Translations under genes and position numbers: made by a program
The notes under the pieces: generated by a model
What the model was told of the DNA's origin: nothing
The model's database searches: none
The model's input: only the letters and a program-made list of their open reading frames with translations
Assembly (NCBI GenBank): GCA_964291285.2
Contig: OZ219785.1
Coordinates: 288,001-352,000, forward strand
Direction: 5' to 3'
Length of the DNA: 64,000 nt
From: Alphaproteobacteria bacterium
GTDB lineage: Bacteria > Pseudomonadota > Alphaproteobacteria > Bin95
Part shown: positions 1 through 12,974 of the stretch, in pieces
Numbering within the stretch: the first letter of the stretch is position 1
Layout: each line of letters begins with the position of its first letter

Positions 1-340
1 GGTGAAGGCGATGCGCGGCTGCTTCCACGCCATCGACGAAGGACGGGTGTCCGCCTTCGCGCGCGGCTGCTTCGAGGCCTATTGGCGCGACGACCGCGAT
101 ATCGGCCAGGAGGACGTGCTGGCGGAAGTCGTGGAGTCCTCCGGACTCGACAAGCAGCGCTTCTTCGCCGCCATCGCCGATCCGGGGATCAAGCAGAAGC
201 TGTTCGACACCACCGACGAGCTGATCGAGCGGGGCGGTTTCGGCTCGCCGACCTTCTTCCTCGACCGGGACGACATGTATTTCGGCAATGACCGCCTGGA
301 GCTGGTCCGGGCGGCAGTGGAAAGGAAGCGCAATGGCTGA
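1..340 (+). CDS. 2-hydroxychromene-2-carboxylate isomerase / DsbA-family (kappa GST-like), 5'-truncated by window edge
   Basis: C-terminal motif GGFGSPTFF...MYFGNDRL typical of the HCCA isomerase family. Confidence 0.85.
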   Translation, partial: VKAMRGCFHAIDEGRVSAFARGCFEAYWRDDRDIGQEDVLAEVVESSGLDKQRFFAAIADPGIKQKLFDTTDELIERGGFGSPTFFLDRDDMYFGNDRLELVRAAVERKRNG

Positions 341-1631
341 ACCCGTGCTCACCGCCGAAGAATCGGCGCTGCGCGAGACCGCGCGCCGCGTGCTGCCGGC
401 CGGCAGCTTCGGCAATGTGCCGTTCGAGACCGTCATCCGGTCCGGGCGCGGCAGCCATGTCTGGGACGTTTCGGGCAACGAATATATCGACTACCTGCTC
501 GGCTCCGGGCCGATGCTGGCGGGGCACTGCCATCCCGAGGTGGTCGAGGCGGTGATGGAGCAGGTCGGCCGCGGCACGACCTTCTTCGCCAACAACGAGC
601 ACGGCATCCGGCTTGCCGAGGCGGTGACCGAGCGCGTCGCCTGCGCCGAGAAGGTGCGCTTCGTCTCCAGCGGCACCGAGGCCACCTTCTACGCCATGCG
701 GATCGCCCGCGCCTTCCGCGGCCGCGACAAGATCCTGAAGTTCGAGGGCGGCTTCCACGGCATGAACGACTATGCGCTCATGTCGATGGCGCCGAAGCGG
801 CCCGGCAACTTTCCGCAGGCGGCCCCGGACAGCGCCGGCATTCCCGCCGCCGTCCGCGACGAGGTGCTGATCGCACCCTTCAACGACGCCGAAACGGCGG
901 TGCAGTTGATCCGCGACCATGCCGACGAACTGGCTGCCGCCATCGTCGAGCCGTTCCAGCGGCTGATCCCGCCGAAGCCCGGCTTCCTGGAAGCGTTGCG
1001 CGAGGTGACGGAGGAAACCGGCGTCGTGCTGATCTTCGACGAGGTGGTGACCGGCTTCCGGTTCGCGCGCGGCGGCGCGCAGGAACGCTATGGCGTCACG
1101 CCCGACATGTGCTCGCTCGGCAAGGTGGTGGGCGGCGGCTATCCGCTCGCGGCCGTCGCCGGGCGCGACGACGTCATGGCGCATTTCGACGCCGGCCGCG
1201 TGGACGGAGACCGTTTCGCGCAGCAGATCGGCACGCTCAGCGGCAATCCGGTCGCCGCTGTCGCCGGCCTCAAGACGCTGGAGGTTCTGGGGCGGCCCGG
1301 TGTCTATGAGCGCCATGAGCAGATCGGCGAGGCCCTGATCGACGGTCTGAAGGCGCTGCTGGAGGAGAGCGGGCACGAGGGGCAGGTGCTCGGCTCGCCG
1401 CCCATGTTCGATGTCATCTTCGCCGGCGGCGAGGTCGCCGACTACCGCGCGACCATGCGCGGCGACGCGGCCAAGACCAGGGCCTTCAACGCCGGGCTGC
1501 GCGACCGGGGCGTCTTCAAGGGCGAGAGCAAATTCTATCTCTCGGTCGTTCATACCGACGAGGACATCGCGAACACGCTCGACGCCGCGCGCGAGTCGCT
1601 CAAGGAACTGTCCCGGCCTCCCGCGCCCTGA
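333..1631 (+). CDS. Class III PLP aminotransferase (glutamate-1-semialdehyde aminomutase-like)
   Basis: [27 protein letters not shown](PLP Lys)VVGGG, GTLSGNP motifs; ATG at 333 overlaps the upstream gene end. Confidence 0.85.
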   Translation: MAEPVLTAEESALRETARRVLPAGSFGNVPFETVIRSGRGSHVWDVSGNEYIDYLLGSGPMLAGHCHPEVVEAVMEQVGRGTTFFANNEHGIRLAEAVTERVACAEKVRFVSSGTEATFYAMRIARAFRGRDKILKFEGGFHGMNDYALMSMAPKRPGNFPQAAPDSAGIPAAVRDEVLIAPFNDAETAVQLIRDHADELAAAIVEPFQRLIPPKPGFLEALREVTEETGVVLIFDEVVTGFRFARGGAQERYGVTPDMCSLGKVVGGGYPLAAVAGRDDVMAHFDAGRVDGDRFAQQIGTLSGNPVAAVAGLKTLEVLGRPGVYERHEQIGEALIDGLKALLEESGHEGQVLGSPPMFDVIFAGGEVADYRATMRGDAAKTRAFNAGLRDRGVFKGESKFYLSVVHTDEDIANTLDAARESLKELSRPPAP

Positions 1632-3255
1632 TCCGGGCCCAGTCGTCGCGCAGCCCGATCGTGCGGTTGAAGCCGCCGTCGGGGTCGGCGGCGAAATAGC
1701 CGAGGCGTTCGAACTGCACCGTCCTGCCGGGCTCCATGCCCGCCAGGCCGGGCTCCAGGCGGCAGGTCTCCAGGACCTCCAGCGAGTCCGGGTTCAGGTC
1801 TTCGAGGCCCGCCGGCTCGTCGGAGGTGAAGAGCGGGCCATAAAGCCGGACCGGGGCGCGCTCGGCATGGGCGGCGGAGACCCAGTGGATCGTCGCCTTG
1901 ACCTTGCGGCCGTCGGGCGCGCTGCCGCCGCGCGTCTCGGGGTCGTAGCGGCAGCGTAGCTCCACGATTTCGCCGCTGTCGTCCTTCACCGCCTCGAGGC
2001 AGGTCAGGAAATAGGCGTAGCGCAGCCGCACCTCCCGGCCGGGTGCGAGGCGGAAGAACTTCCGGGGCGGGGCTTCCATGAAGTCGTCGCGCTCGATCCA
2101 GAGTTCGCGCGAAAACGGAACCTTGCGGCTGCCCGCCTCCGGGTCGCCCGGATTGTTGGCGGCCTCCAGCCACTCCATCTCGCCCTCGGGGTAGTTTTCG
2201 ATCACGACCCTGAGCGGGCGCAGCACGGCCATGCGCCGCTCGGCAGTGCGGTTCAGCTGTTCGCGCACGCAATGGTCCAGCAGCGCCGCCTCCACCCGGC
2301 CGGCGCTTTTCGAGATCGCGAGCCGGGAGACGAAGTCGCGGAGCGCCTCCGCCGGCACGCCCCGCCGCCGCAGGCCGCGAAGGGTCGGCATGCGCGGGTC
2401 GTCCCAACCCGCCACATGGCCTTCCTGCACGAGGCGGGTGAGCGCGCGCTTGGAGAGGATCGTCCCGGTCATGTCGAGCCGGGCGAACTCGTACTGGCGC
2501 GGGCGGCAGGCGGCCGGCACGCGCTCCAGCAGCCAGTCGTAGAGCGGGCGGTGGTCGGCGAACTCGAGCGTGCAGAGCGAATGCGTCACGCCCTCGATGG
2601 CGTCCGACTGGCCGTGCGCATAGTCGTAGGTCGGGTAAATGCGCCAGGCATCGCCCGTGCGCGGATGCGCATGGTCCAGGATGCGGTAGAGCACGGGGTC
2701 GCGCAGGTTGATATTGCCCGAGCCCATGTCGATGCGCGCGCGCAGCACGCAATGTCCGGGCGCGAATTCGCCAGCGCGCATCCGGCGCAGCTGGTCGAGG
2801 CTCTCCGCCGCCGGCCGGTCGCGCCAGGGGCTCGGGGCGCCCGGTTCGGTAAGTGTGCCGCGCGTTTCCCGTATCTCCTCCGCCGACTGTTCGTCGACAT
2901 AGGCATGGCCCGTCTCGACCAGATGCTCCGCCCACTCGTAGAGCGTGTCGAAATAGTCCGAGGCATGGACCGGCTCGCCCGCCCACTCGAAGCCGAGCCA
3001 GCGCACATCCTCCTGGATGGCGTCGATATAGGCCTGCTCTTCCCTTGCCGGGTTGGTGTCGTCGAAGCGCAGGTTGCAGTGGCCGCCAAATTCCGCCGCC
3101 ACGCCGAAATTGAGGCAGATCGACTTGGCGTGGCCGATATGCAGGAAGCCGTTGGGCTCCGGCGGAAAGCGGGTAATGACCGACTCGACCCCGCCCTCCG
3201 CAAGGTCGGCGCGGATGCGGTCGCGGATGAAATCGCCGCCCGTCGGCGCGTCCAT
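1600..3255 (-). CDS. glnS: Glutamine--tRNA ligase
   Basis: [18 protein letters not shown] (HIGH), LSKR (KMSKS equivalent), [27 protein letters not shown]; start at [12 protein letters not shown]. Confidence 0.93.
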   Translation of the reverse strand: MDAPTGGDFIRDRIRADLAEGGVESVITRFPPEPNGFLHIGHAKSICLNFGVAAEFGGHCNLRFDDTNPAREEQAYIDAIQEDVRWLGFEWAGEPVHASDYFDTLYEWAEHLVETGHAYVDEQSAEEIRETRGTLTEPGAPSPWRDRPAAESLDQLRRMRAGEFAPGHCVLRARIDMGSGNINLRDPVLYRILDHAHPRTGDAWRIYPTYDYAHGQSDAIEGVTHSLCTLEFADHRPLYDWLLERVPAACRPRQYEFARLDMTGTILSKRALTRLVQEGHVAGWDDPRMPTLRGLRRRGVPAEALRDFVSRLAISKSAGRVEAALLDHCVREQLNRTAERRMAVLRPLRVVIENYPEGEMEWLEAANNPGDPEAGSRKVPFSRELWIERDDFMEAPPRKFFRLAPGREVRLRYAYFLTCLEAVKDDSGEIVELRCRYDPETRGGSAPDGRKVKATIHWVSAAHAERAPVRLYGPLFTSDEPAGLEDLNPDSLEVLETCRLEPGLAGMEPGRTVQFERLGYFAADPDGGFNRTIGLRDDWARIRAREAGTVP

Positions 3256-3272
3256 GGGGCCGGCGCTCCGTC

Positions 3273-4106
3273 TCAGAAGGGCGACGTGCCGCGCGTGACC
3301 GTGCGGTGCAGCACCCGGGCCTCGCGGGCGCGCTCCTCGGCGCGGTGCAACAGGCAGCGATTGTCCCACATCAGCAGGTCGCCCTCGCGCCATTGGTGGC
3401 GCCAGACGAAACGCTCCGCCGTGCTGTGCGCCTCGATCTCCTCCAGCAGCGCCTCGCCCTCGTCCCGGTCCATGCCGAAAATGTGCGAGGCGTGGTTGCC
3501 GATGAAGAACGCCTCGCGGCCGCTCTCCGGGTGGCGCCTTACCAGCGGATGCGCCACGGGCGGATAGACCGCCGCCTCCTCCGGGCTCGCCTCGCGCTCG
3601 CCGGATTTCCGGCACGAGCGCACCCAGTCATGCACCACCTTCATGCCCCGGAAGGCTTCCCGCCGCTCGGCGGAATAAGCTTCGAAGGCGCGGTTCATGT
3701 TCGCGAACTCCGTGCGCCCGCCCTGCGCCGGCACCTTCACCGCATAGAGGAAGGTCGCGCAGGACGGCACCGTCCGGTAGGACTTGTCCGAGTGCCAGCG
3801 CAGGTTCCCCTTCGCCGCCGCCTCGGGTTTCGGGTTCCCGCCGGCGTCAAGGTTCGAGACCGTGTGGACGAGCGAGACGTCGTTGCCCTTGTTGCGCTGG
3901 ATATGCACGTCGAGCGCACCGAACCGGAGCGTCGCCGCCAGTTGCGCCGGCTTGTCCAGCTCCTGGTCCCGGAAGCACAGGACATGGCGGTCGAGGAACG
4001 CCTCATGCAGCGCGGCCCGGTCATCGTCGTCGAGCGGTTCGCGCAGATCGACGCCCCGGACCTCGGCGGCCAGCACGTCGGAAAGCGGTTGGATAGCGAG
4101 TGTCAT
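3273..4106 (-). CDS. TauD/TfdA family Fe(II)/2-oxoglutarate dioxygenase
   Basis: WHSD (HxD), [21 protein letters not shown] motifs. Confidence 0.9.
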   Translation of the reverse strand: MTLAIQPLSDVLAAEVRGVDLREPLDDDDRAALHEAFLDRHVLCFRDQELDKPAQLAATLRFGALDVHIQRNKGNDVSLVHTVSNLDAGGNPKPEAAAKGNLRWHSDKSYRTVPSCATFLYAVKVPAQGGRTEFANMNRAFEAYSAERREAFRGMKVVHDWVRSCRKSGEREASPEEAAVYPPVAHPLVRRHPESGREAFFIGNHASHIFGMDRDEGEALLEEIEAHSTAERFVWRHQWREGDLLMWDNRCLLHRAEERAREARVLHRTVTRGTSPF

Positions 4107-4167
4107 GGCCGGCAATCTAGCGGAGCGGAGAGCCGGGCGGTAGCGGGTTGCCACGCCGGCGCCTAAA

Positions 4168-4196
4168 GCGAAACGCCGGGCCCGAGGGCCCGGCGT
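4168..4196 (-). terminator. Intrinsic terminator after hsp20
   Basis: ACGCCGGGCCC/GGGCCCGGCGT inverted repeat followed by a T-rich tract on the minus strand. Confidence 0.6.
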
Positions 4197-4228
4197 CCGG
4201 TTGCGTGAATGTCGAGAGGCGTGCGCGC

Positions 4229-4678
4229 TCAGGCCGCTTCGATGGCCTGCGGCGCGCCGGAGCCGATCTCGATCCGGCGGGGCTTCAGCGCCTCGGGCAC
4301 CTCGCTCACCAGCTCGACGGCGAGCATGCCGTTCTCCAGCTTCGCGCCGGCGGCCTTCACATGCTCGGCGAGGCGGAAGGTGCGCCGGAACTGCCGGGTG
4401 GCGATGCCGCGATGCAGGAAGACGCGGTCGTCGCCCTGGTTGCGGACCTTGCCGGCGATCACGAGCTCGTCGCCCTTCGCCTCGATCGCAAGGTCCTCTT
4501 CGCCGAAGCCGGCCACCGCCATCTCGATGCGGTAGGTGTGCTCGCCGGTCTTGACGATGTTGCAGGGCGGATAGTGCTCGGCCGTCGCGTCGGCGTTCAT
4601 GACGCGGTCGAAGTTCTTCATCAGCCGCTCGAAGCCGATGGTGGACCGCAGGAGAGGGGAGAAATCGAATGCCGTCAT
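4229..4678 (-). CDS. ibpA: Small heat-shock protein Hsp20 (IbpA-like)
   Basis: FDFSPLLRSTIGFERL, YPPCNI, MAVAGF, LHRGIATRQF, PEALKPRRIEI. Confidence 0.93.
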   Translation of the reverse strand: MTAFDFSPLLRSTIGFERLMKNFDRVMNADATAEHYPPCNIVKTGEHTYRIEMAVAGFGEEDLAIEAKGDELVIAGKVRNQGDDRVFLHRGIATRQFRRTFRLAEHVKAAGAKLENGMLAVELVSEVPEALKPRRIEIGSGAPQAIEAA

Positions 4679-4780
4679 CGGTCATCCTCCTTGAGAAGCG
4701 ATTGTCGATGTTCCGGGGCCCGCCGCTCATCGGCCGGACCCGCCGTCCTCCGCCCCCGTCAACCGGCGGGCTTCGGACAA
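4679..4780 (-). promoter_or_regulatory. ROSE-like RNA thermometer in the hsp20 5'UTR
   Basis: UCGCU motif just upstream of, and able to pair with, the SD (AUCGCUUCUC-AAG-GAGGAUGA); GC-rich upstream hairpins; typical location for ROSE elements. Confidence 0.55.
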
Positions 4781-4785
4781 TCTCC

Positions 4786-4813
4786 AGATGGGGATGCGCG
4801 GCGGCGATTCAAG
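4786..4813 (-). promoter_or_regulatory. Sigma-32 (RpoH) promoter of hsp20
   Basis: CTTGAA-N14-CCCCATCT, matching the RpoH consensus. Confidence 0.85.
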
Positions 4814-4890
4814 ACGCCGGGGCGCTTCTTTCGACACAGGCCGCATGGCCGACGCCCGTAGCCCCTCTCTCCGGCGCGCGGAGACCTGCC

Positions 4891-5163
4891 GGGATGTCAT
4901 GGGATGTCATGGGATGTCATGGGACCGGTCTCCGCTCCGGTCGTTCGCAAGGCATCGCAGCCTCCTTGGTCGAGCCATGGTCCCGGACGCCCGTTGCCGG
5001 AGGAGCGTCCCCCGCCCGCGCATGATGCGCGCCCGCCCGCGCGTGCGCGCCCGTCCGCGCATGGCGGCGGGACCGTCCTCTCCACCGTGGATGTCATGGG
5101 ATGTCATGTTTTGTCATGCGGCGTGCTCAGCCTGCTCCCGCGATACGTCATGAAATGTCATGA
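4891..5163. repeat. Three clusters of 10-bp-periodic GTCATG repeats
   Basis: (GGGATGTCAT)x3 at 4891-4920; ATGTCATGGG ATGTCATGTT TTGTCATG at 5091-5118; GTCATGAAATGTCATG at 5147-5162. Confidence 0.9.
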
Positions 5164-5539
5164 TTCACATGCACGTGGCGCATAGGCGATGGTCCTTTCG
5201 GGCATGACGCCGTGCTTTCGGGGAGGAGTTGCGGGTATTCTGTCCGGTTTTCCCGGCTTTGCGTCTTCGGCATGGGTCTTTCCTTTCGAGCCCTCTTCGT
5301 TCCGTTCTGCCCGCCGCCGGCCTGACCGCGGCGGGGCCCTAATTCGCGCGTAATGCGCCCGCCCGCGCCCGCGCCCGCCTGCGCGCTTCGCAGCGGCGCG
5401 AATCGCGCGCCTGATTGCCCGCGCGCGCGGGTCAACTGCAGGACACACCTGTCCCGTCCGCTTCTCGGGTGCTTTTTTCGCGCCGGCGCGAAACGGGAAA
5501 GCAAACGGCTCCCAGGACACCGCCCCCTTTCCTGCACCC

Positions 5540-5568
5540 TATCTAGTGTTGGATTTTCCTGAGATCAA
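5540..5568 (-). promoter_or_regulatory. Putative sigma-70 promoter facing the repeat region
   Basis: TTGATC-N17-TAGATA with an AT-rich upstream tract (5570-5615). Confidence 0.5.
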
Positions 5569-5656
5569 GCAGTAATTGGAATTATTTCTGATTTTATGAA
5601 CAAACATCAATCTTTCACGGCTAGCGGGACCTGCTTCCTTCCGGCCTCACATTGCC

Positions 5657-6943
5657 TTACTTCCCGATGCAGAACTCCCGGAAGATGGCGTCGAGCAGGT
5701 CTTCCACATCGACGCGGCCGGTGACGCGGCCGAGGGCGCGGACGGCGAGGCGGAGGTCTTCGGCGGCGAGGTCGGTCTGGGGAGCGGCGGCGAAGCGGTC
5801 GAGCGCCTCGGCCGACTGCCTGAGCGCGTGGACATGGCGGGCGCGGAGCGCGCCGGGTGGACCGGCGACGCGCGAGCGCACGGCTTCCGCTATGGCGCCG
5901 CGCAGCGCCTCCAGCCCCTCGCCCGTCCGGGCGGAGACGGCGAGGCCGGGGCCGGGCGCCGCGCCGAGGTCGGCCTTGGTGCGGACGGCGAGGCCCGGCA
6001 TGTCGGGAGGCGGCGGGACGTCGGGGGCGGTCAGCAGCAGGCAGAGGTCTGCCGACGCCGCCTCGGCGCGCGCCCGGCGCATGCCCTCCCGCTCGATGGG
6101 GTCCTCGCTCTCATGCAGGCCCGCCATGTCGATCAGGCGCACGAGATAGCCTTCCATGACCAGCCGCGCTTCCAGCACGTCGCGCGTCGTGCCGGCGCTG
6201 GGCGAGGTGATGGCGACCTCGCGCGCCGCGAGCGCGTTCAGGAGGCTCGACTTGCCGGCATTGGGCGCGCCCGCCAGCGCCACCCGGAAGCCGTCGCGCA
6301 CGACCTCGCCGCGCGCGCCCGCGGCCAGCGCTTCCGCCATCTCCGCGCCGACCGCAGCCACGGCCTCCGAGACCTGCGCCTCAAGCCCGTCCGGCAATTC
6401 CTCGTCGCTGAAATCGATCGCGGCCTCGATATGGGCGAGCGCCCCGACCAGCCGGTCCCGCCAGCCGTCGAATTGCCGCGCGAGCCCGCCGCCGAGCGCA
6501 TGGAGCGCCTGGCGGCGCTGCCCCTCGGTCTCGGCGTCGATGAGTTCGGCGAGTCCTTCGACCGCCGTCAGGTCCATGCGCCCGGCCTCGAAGGCGCGCC
6601 GGGTGAACTCGCCGGGTTCCGCCGGGCGCAGGCCGTCCAGCCGCATCAGCGCCGCCTGCACCGCGTCCACCACAACCGGCGCGCCGTGCAGATGCAGTTC
6701 CGCCGCGTCCTCGCCGGTGAAGCTCGCCGGGCCGGGAAACCAGACCGCAAGCCCCCGGTCCAGCAGTTCGCCGCTCTCCGGGTCGCGGACGGACCGCAGC
6801 ACCGCCCGGCGCGGCTCCGGCAGCGGCCCGGCAACCGCCTCCAGCGCCCTGCCCGCTTCCGGCCCCGACAGGCGCAGCACCGCGATGCCGGCCCGGCCGG
6901 GCGCCGTCGCCTCGGCGAAGATGGTGTCGGGCGGGTCCGTCAG
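5657..6943 (-). CDS. mnmE: tRNA modification GTPase MnmE/TrmE (probable CTG start)
   Basis: [50 protein letters not shown], terminal FCIGK. Confidence 0.93.
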   Translation of the reverse strand: MTDPPDTIFAEATAPGRAGIAVLRLSGPEAGRALEAVAGPLPEPRRAVLRSVRDPESGELLDRGLAVWFPGPASFTGEDAAELHLHGAPVVVDAVQAALMRLDGLRPAEPGEFTRRAFEAGRMDLTAVEGLAELIDAETEGQRRQALHALGGGLARQFDGWRDRLVGALAHIEAAIDFSDEELPDGLEAQVSEAVAAVGAEMAEALAAGARGEVVRDGFRVALAGAPNAGKSSLLNALAAREVAITSPSAGTTRDVLEARLVMEGYLVRLIDMAGLHESEDPIEREGMRRARAEAASADLCLLLTAPDVPPPPDMPGLAVRTKADLGAAPGPGLAVSARTGEGLEALRGAIAEAVRSRVAGPPGALRARHVHALRQSAEALDRFAAAPQTDLAAEDLRLAVRALGRVTGRVDVEDLLDAIFREFCIGK

Positions 6944-7260
6944 GCGTCGGGGTCGAGCATCAGCCGGGAGACCCGGCCGCCGCCCTTCAGGTGCGTTTCG
7001 AGGATCTCGTCGATATCCGCCTCGTTCTCGTAGCGGTACCAGGTACCCTCGGGATAGATGACCATGGTCGGCCCGAGTTCGCAGCGGTCGAGGCAGCCCG
7101 CGATGTTGATGCGCGCGTTGGGCAGCGACCGGGCGCGCGCCTTCATGTAGGCGCGCAGCTTCTCCGAGCCCTTCTCGCTGCAGCAGCCGCGCGGATGGCC
7201 GGGCGGACGGGTATTGGTGCAACAGAACACATGCGCGTCGTAGTAGAGCGCGTCCGCCAT
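6940..7260 (-). CDS. Thioredoxin-like [2Fe-2S] ferredoxin
   Basis: [30 protein letters not shown]. Confidence 0.9.
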   Translation of the reverse strand: MADALYYDAHVFCCTNTRPPGHPRGCCSEKGSEKLRAYMKARARSLPNARINIAGCLDRCELGPTMVIYPEGTWYRYENEADIDEILETHLKGGGRVSRLMLDPDA

Positions 7261-7308
7261 GATTTCCTTCCTCGCGTCCGGGAGTGCGCCAGTTTACCCT
7301 CCGGGGCC

Positions 7309-9312
<2,004 letters not shown>

Positions 9313-9376
9313 AGGGCGGAGGCCATGCGCGACCTGTTGCTGAAGGGTGGGTAATGGCGGAAAGGGCAAATGGAGA

Positions 9377-9405
9377 TTGACCATGGTCTCTGACCATAGT
9401 ATGTT
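9377..9405 (+). promoter_or_regulatory. Sigma-70 promoter with overlapping TA operator
   Basis: TTGACC-N17-TATGTT; palindrome GACCATGGTC and a second TGACCATAGT copy inside the promoter. Confidence 0.7.
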
Positions 9406-9438
9406 CAGCCAATAGACGCTTGGGGAGAGGACGGGCCG

Positions 9439-9933
9439 ATGCAGCGTTACACCGTGAGGGACATGGCGGCGGCTTTGGGCGTGGAGCCGAAGGCCGTCCG
9501 TCGCCACCTGCGGTCCCTGGGCGTCTATCGCAATTCCGGCCGGCGCCATGAGTGGGACGGCGCCCGGTACCGCGAGTTGCTGGCGCTCGTCGGGCCGCGC
9601 ATCGCCGGCGGCGTTCCGACGAACCGGAGCGCGGGCGAAGCCGGGGCGCGTGAAGGGCTGCGGGAAATGCAGTCGGCCTATAAAGCGCCGGAAATGCCGG
9701 CGGGGATGGAGGAAATGCAGATATCCACCTTCAAGGCCACCTGCCTTGCGGTCCTCGAACGGGTGGGAAAGACCGGCCAGCCGGTGCTCGTGACCCGGTT
9801 CGGCCAGCCGGTGGCGCAGATCGTCCCGCCGCCCTCCGGCGAGTGGCTCGGCGCCATGGCCGGCTCGGGGCAAATCATCGGAGACCTCACCGTCCCCGCC
9901 CTCGACCCGGAGGAATGGGAAGCGCTCGGCTAG
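9439..9933 (+). CDS. Phd/YefM antitoxin with N-terminal HTH-like extension
   Basis: C-terminal half ISTFKATCLAVLERVGKTGQPVLVTRFGQPVAQIVP is Phd-like; N-terminus YTVRDMAAALGVEPKAVRRHLR is HTH-like. Confidence 0.8.
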   Translation: MQRYTVRDMAAALGVEPKAVRRHLRSLGVYRNSGRRHEWDGARYRELLALVGPRIAGGVPTNRSAGEAGAREGLREMQSAYKAPEMPAGMEEMQISTFKATCLAVLERVGKTGQPVLVTRFGQPVAQIVPPPSGEWLGAMAGSGQIIGDLTVPALDPEEWEALG

Positions 9934-9939
9934 GCGCCG

Positions 9940-10329
9940 ATGCTGCTCGACACGCATATCTGGCTCTGGGCGCTGCTCGACCCGGGCCGGCTTTCCGGCC
10001 GGGTGCGGGCCCTGCTCGCCTCGCCGGCGGAGACGCTCCGGCTCTCCCCGGTGAGCGTGTGGGAGGCGCTGGTCCTGGCGGAGCGGGGCCGGATCGCGCT
10101 GGAGCCGGACCCGCGCCGCTGGCTGGACAGGGCGTTGGCGGCGGCGCCGGTCGCCGAGGCCCCATTGACCTTGGAGGTGGCGATGGCGAGCCGCAGCATC
10201 GCGCTGGACCACAAGGACCCGGCCGACCGCTTCATCGCCGCGAGCGCGCTGGTCTTCGGCCTGACCCTGGTGACGGCCGACGCGCGGCTGCTCGACTGCC
10301 CGGATATCGAGGTGCTGGCCAACCGCTGA
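9940..10329 (+). CDS. vapC: VapC PIN-domain toxin
   Basis: LLDTHIWLW, SVWE, HKDPADRFIAA, LVTAD. Confidence 0.92.
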   Translation: MLLDTHIWLWALLDPGRLSGRVRALLASPAETLRLSPVSVWEALVLAERGRIALEPDPRRWLDRALAAAPVAEAPLTLEVAMASRSIALDHKDPADRFIAASALVFGLTLVTADARLLDCPDIEVLANR

Positions 10330-10347
10330 CGGCCGGCCGCCTCGCCC

Positions 10348-11016
10348 CTATCCCTTTCCGCCGCCCGCGCCGAGATAGCGCGCGAGCGCCACCGCCAGCG
10401 CCGCGCCGGCGAACTGGGCGAGGATGAAGGCGGGCGCGTCCTCCGGGCGGATGCCGGAGAAGGTGTCGGTGAAGGCGCGCGCGACCGTCACCGCCGGGTT
10501 GGCGAAGGAGGTGGACGCGGTGAACCAGTAGCCGGCGGTGATGTAAAGCCCGACCGCCCAAGCCACGGCTTCCGATTTCGCCTTCAGGCAAAGCAGGATG
10601 GTGAACACCAGCCCGAAGGCCGCAATCCCCTCGGAAAAGGCCTGCGCGAAGCCTGAGCGCTCCTTGCCGGAGGCGAAGAACAGCTCCGGCTGCTCGAACA
10701 TGATGTGCGCCACCGCGACGCCCAGCAGGCCGCCCGCCACCTGCACGAGGATGTAGAGCGCCGCGTCGCCCGGCCCGATATCGCGCCGCATCAGGAAGGC
10801 GACCGTGACGGCCGGGTTGAAATGCGCGCCCGAGACCGGCCCCAGGATCAGGATCAGCACCACCAGGATCGCGCCCGTCGCGATGGTGTTGCCGAGCAGC
10901 GCGATGGCCACATTCCCGCCGGCAAGCGTCTCGCCCATGATGCCGGAGCCCACCACCACGGCGAGCAGCATGGCGGTGCCTGCGAATTCGGCGGTCAGTC
11001 GTTGGAAAAGGGTCAT
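10348..11016 (-). CDS. MIP/aquaporin family channel (AqpS-like)
   Basis: [10 protein letters not shown] and [13 protein letters not shown] motifs; AGYWFTAST typical of the arsenic-associated subgroup. Confidence 0.9.
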   Translation of the reverse strand: MTLFQRLTAEFAGTAMLLAVVVGSGIMGETLAGGNVAIALLGNTIATGAILVVLILILGPVSGAHFNPAVTVAFLMRRDIGPGDAALYILVQVAGGLLGVAVAHIMFEQPELFFASGKERSGFAQAFSEGIAAFGLVFTILLCLKAKSEAVAWAVGLYITAGYWFTASTSFANPAVTVARAFTDTFSGIRPEDAPAFILAQFAGAALAVALARYLGAGGGKG

Positions 11017-12188
11017 GCCGCGGCCTCCAGCGCCGCCACGCCGGGCAGAACCCGGCCTTCAAGCCATTCGAGAAACGCGCCGCCCGCGGTCGAGACATAG
11101 CCGAACCGCTCGACCACCCCGGCCCCGGCGAGCGCCGCCACCGTGTCGCCGCCGCCGGCCACGGTCAGCAGCCCGTCCATGCCGGCCGCCGCCTGCGCCA
11201 CCTCATTGGTGCCCCGGTCGAAGGGCGGCACCTCGAAGGCGCCGAGCGGGCCGTTCCAGACCAGGGTACGCAGGATCTTCATCCGGAGGATCAGATCGGA
11301 GACGCTCTGCGGGCCGATATCGAGGATCATGGAGTCCGGCGGCACCTCGTCCACCGCCACGACCTCGGTCGGCGCGCCGGCTTCGAATGCAGGCGCCACG
11401 ACCGCGTCCTCCGGCAGGACCACCGTGCAGCCGCACCGCTCCGCGTCATTGAGGATGTCGCGCGCCGTCTCCGCCATGTCGCGCTCGCAGAGGCTGCAGC
11501 CCACCTCGTAACCCTGCGCATGAAGGAAGGTGTTCGCCATGCCGCCGCCGATGGCGAGCATATCGACCCGGGCCGAGAGGTTGCCGAGCAGGGTGAGCTT
11601 GGTCGAGACCTTGGCGCCGCCGACGATCGCGCCCGACGGACGCTCCGGCGCGTTGAGGGTCGCCTCCAGCGCTTCCAGCTCGCGTTGCATCAGCCGCCCG
11701 GCCGCGGCCGGCAGCAGCCGCGCCAGCGCCTCGGTGGAGGCGTGCGCCCGGTGCGCGGCGGAGAAGGCGTCGTTCACATAGAGGTCGCCGAGCGCGGCCA
11801 GCCGGGCGGCGTAGTCCGGGTCGTTGGCCTCTTCGCCGGGGTCGAAGCGCAGGTTTTCCAGCAGCGCCACCCCGCCCGCCGGCAGGCCGGCAATCACCGC
11901 GGCCGGGTCGTCGGCCGCGAAGGCCACCGGCGCCTCCAGCGCGTCCGCCAGCGCCTCCGCCACCGGGCGCAGCGAAAGCTCCGGCGCGGGCCTGCCCTTC
12001 GGCCGCCCGAGATGCGAGAGCACGACGACGCGCGCCCCCCTGGCGGCGAGCTCGCGGATCGTCGGCAGGGTGCGCTCGATGCGTGTGCGGTCGCCCACCC
12101 GGCCGTCGCGCATGGGCACATTCAGGTCGGCGCGCAGCAGCACGGTCAGCCCGGCCGCGTCGAGCCCGTCCAGCGTGCGCACCGGCAT
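11013..12188 (-). CDS. pgk: Phosphoglycerate kinase
   Basis: [42 protein letters not shown]. Confidence 0.96.
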   Translation of the reverse strand: MPVRTLDGLDAAGLTVLLRADLNVPMRDGRVGDRTRIERTLPTIRELAARGARVVVLSHLGRPKGRPAPELSLRPVAEALADALEAPVAFAADDPAAVIAGLPAGGVALLENLRFDPGEEANDPDYAARLAALGDLYVNDAFSAAHRAHASTEALARLLPAAAGRLMQRELEALEATLNAPERPSGAIVGGAKVSTKLTLLGNLSARVDMLAIGGGMANTFLHAQGYEVGCSLCERDMAETARDILNDAERCGCTVVLPEDAVVAPAFEAGAPTEVVAVDEVPPDSMILDIGPQSVSDLILRMKILRTLVWNGPLGAFEVPPFDRGTNEVAQAAAGMDGLLTVAGGGDTVAALAGAGVVERFGYVSTAGGAFLEWLEGRVLPGVAALEAAA

Positions 12189-12937
12189 CAGTTGTTGCCG
12201 ACCGCGCCGCCCAGCACGTCCCCGATCTCGTCATGCACGGTGAGGTCCGCGAAGCGGTCGAGGTCGGTCGGCTCGCGGTTGACGATGGCGAGGAAGGCCC
12301 CGTTGCGCTTCGCCGCGATCGGGAAGCCCGCCGCCGGATAGACCACCAGCGACGAGCCGCAGACGATGAACAGGTCGGCCGCCATCGTCTCGAGTTCTGC
12401 CCGGCGCATGGCCTTTTCCGGCATGGCCTGGCCGAAGGAGATCGTCGCCGTCTTCACCATGCCGCCGCAGGCATTGCAGAGCGGCAGCGTCTCGTCCCTG
12501 CGGAAGGCCGCGAGGATGTCGTCCAGCTCGTGCCGGAGGCCGCAATTGAGGCAGGCGGCGTAGGTCGAGTTGCCGTGCAGTTCGATCACCTTCTCGTCCG
12601 GCACGCCCGAGGCCTGGTGCAGCCCGTCGATATTCTGCGTGATGACGGCCGAGACGATGCCGCGCTCGACCAGCGCCGCCACCGCCCGGTGGCCCCGGTT
12701 CGGGCGGGCGCCGGTCATCGTCTTGTCGGTCTCGATCTTGCGCCGCCAGGTCTCGCGCCGCATCTCCTCCGAGGAGATGAAGTCGTCGAACATGATCGGC
12801 TTGTAGCGGTCCCAGACGCCGCCGGGGCTGCGGAAGTCCGGGATGCCGGACTCGGTGCTGATGCCGGCCCCGGTGAACACCACAGCCCGCCGCGCCTTCC
12901 CGATCGCCTCCCTCAGCCGTTCGATGCCGTCCCCCAT
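12188..12937 (-). CDS. cobB: Sir2-family NAD-dependent deacylase
   Basis: [28 protein letters not shown] + two CxxC zinc motifs, [10 protein letters not shown]. Confidence 0.9.
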   Translation of the reverse strand: MGDGIERLREAIGKARRAVVFTGAGISTESGIPDFRSPGGVWDRYKPIMFDDFISSEEMRRETWRRKIETDKTMTGARPNRGHRAVAALVERGIVSAVITQNIDGLHQASGVPDEKVIELHGNSTYAACLNCGLRHELDDILAAFRRDETLPLCNACGGMVKTATISFGQAMPEKAMRRAELETMAADLFIVCGSSLVVYPAAGFPIAAKRNGAFLAIVNREPTDLDRFADLTVHDEIGDVLGGAVGNN

Positions 12938-12974
12938 CGCCGCCTCCGCCTTGCGCTCCCCGACCAGTCTTAGG

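Noticed and set aside
333-1631. Naming the aminotransferase hemL
   Set aside because: Family motifs only; alphaproteobacteria normally use the ALA synthase route, so the substrate is unknown
4891-5163. Possible CRISPR array
   Set aside because: Repeats are 10-bp tandem units without unique spacers; no cas genes in the window
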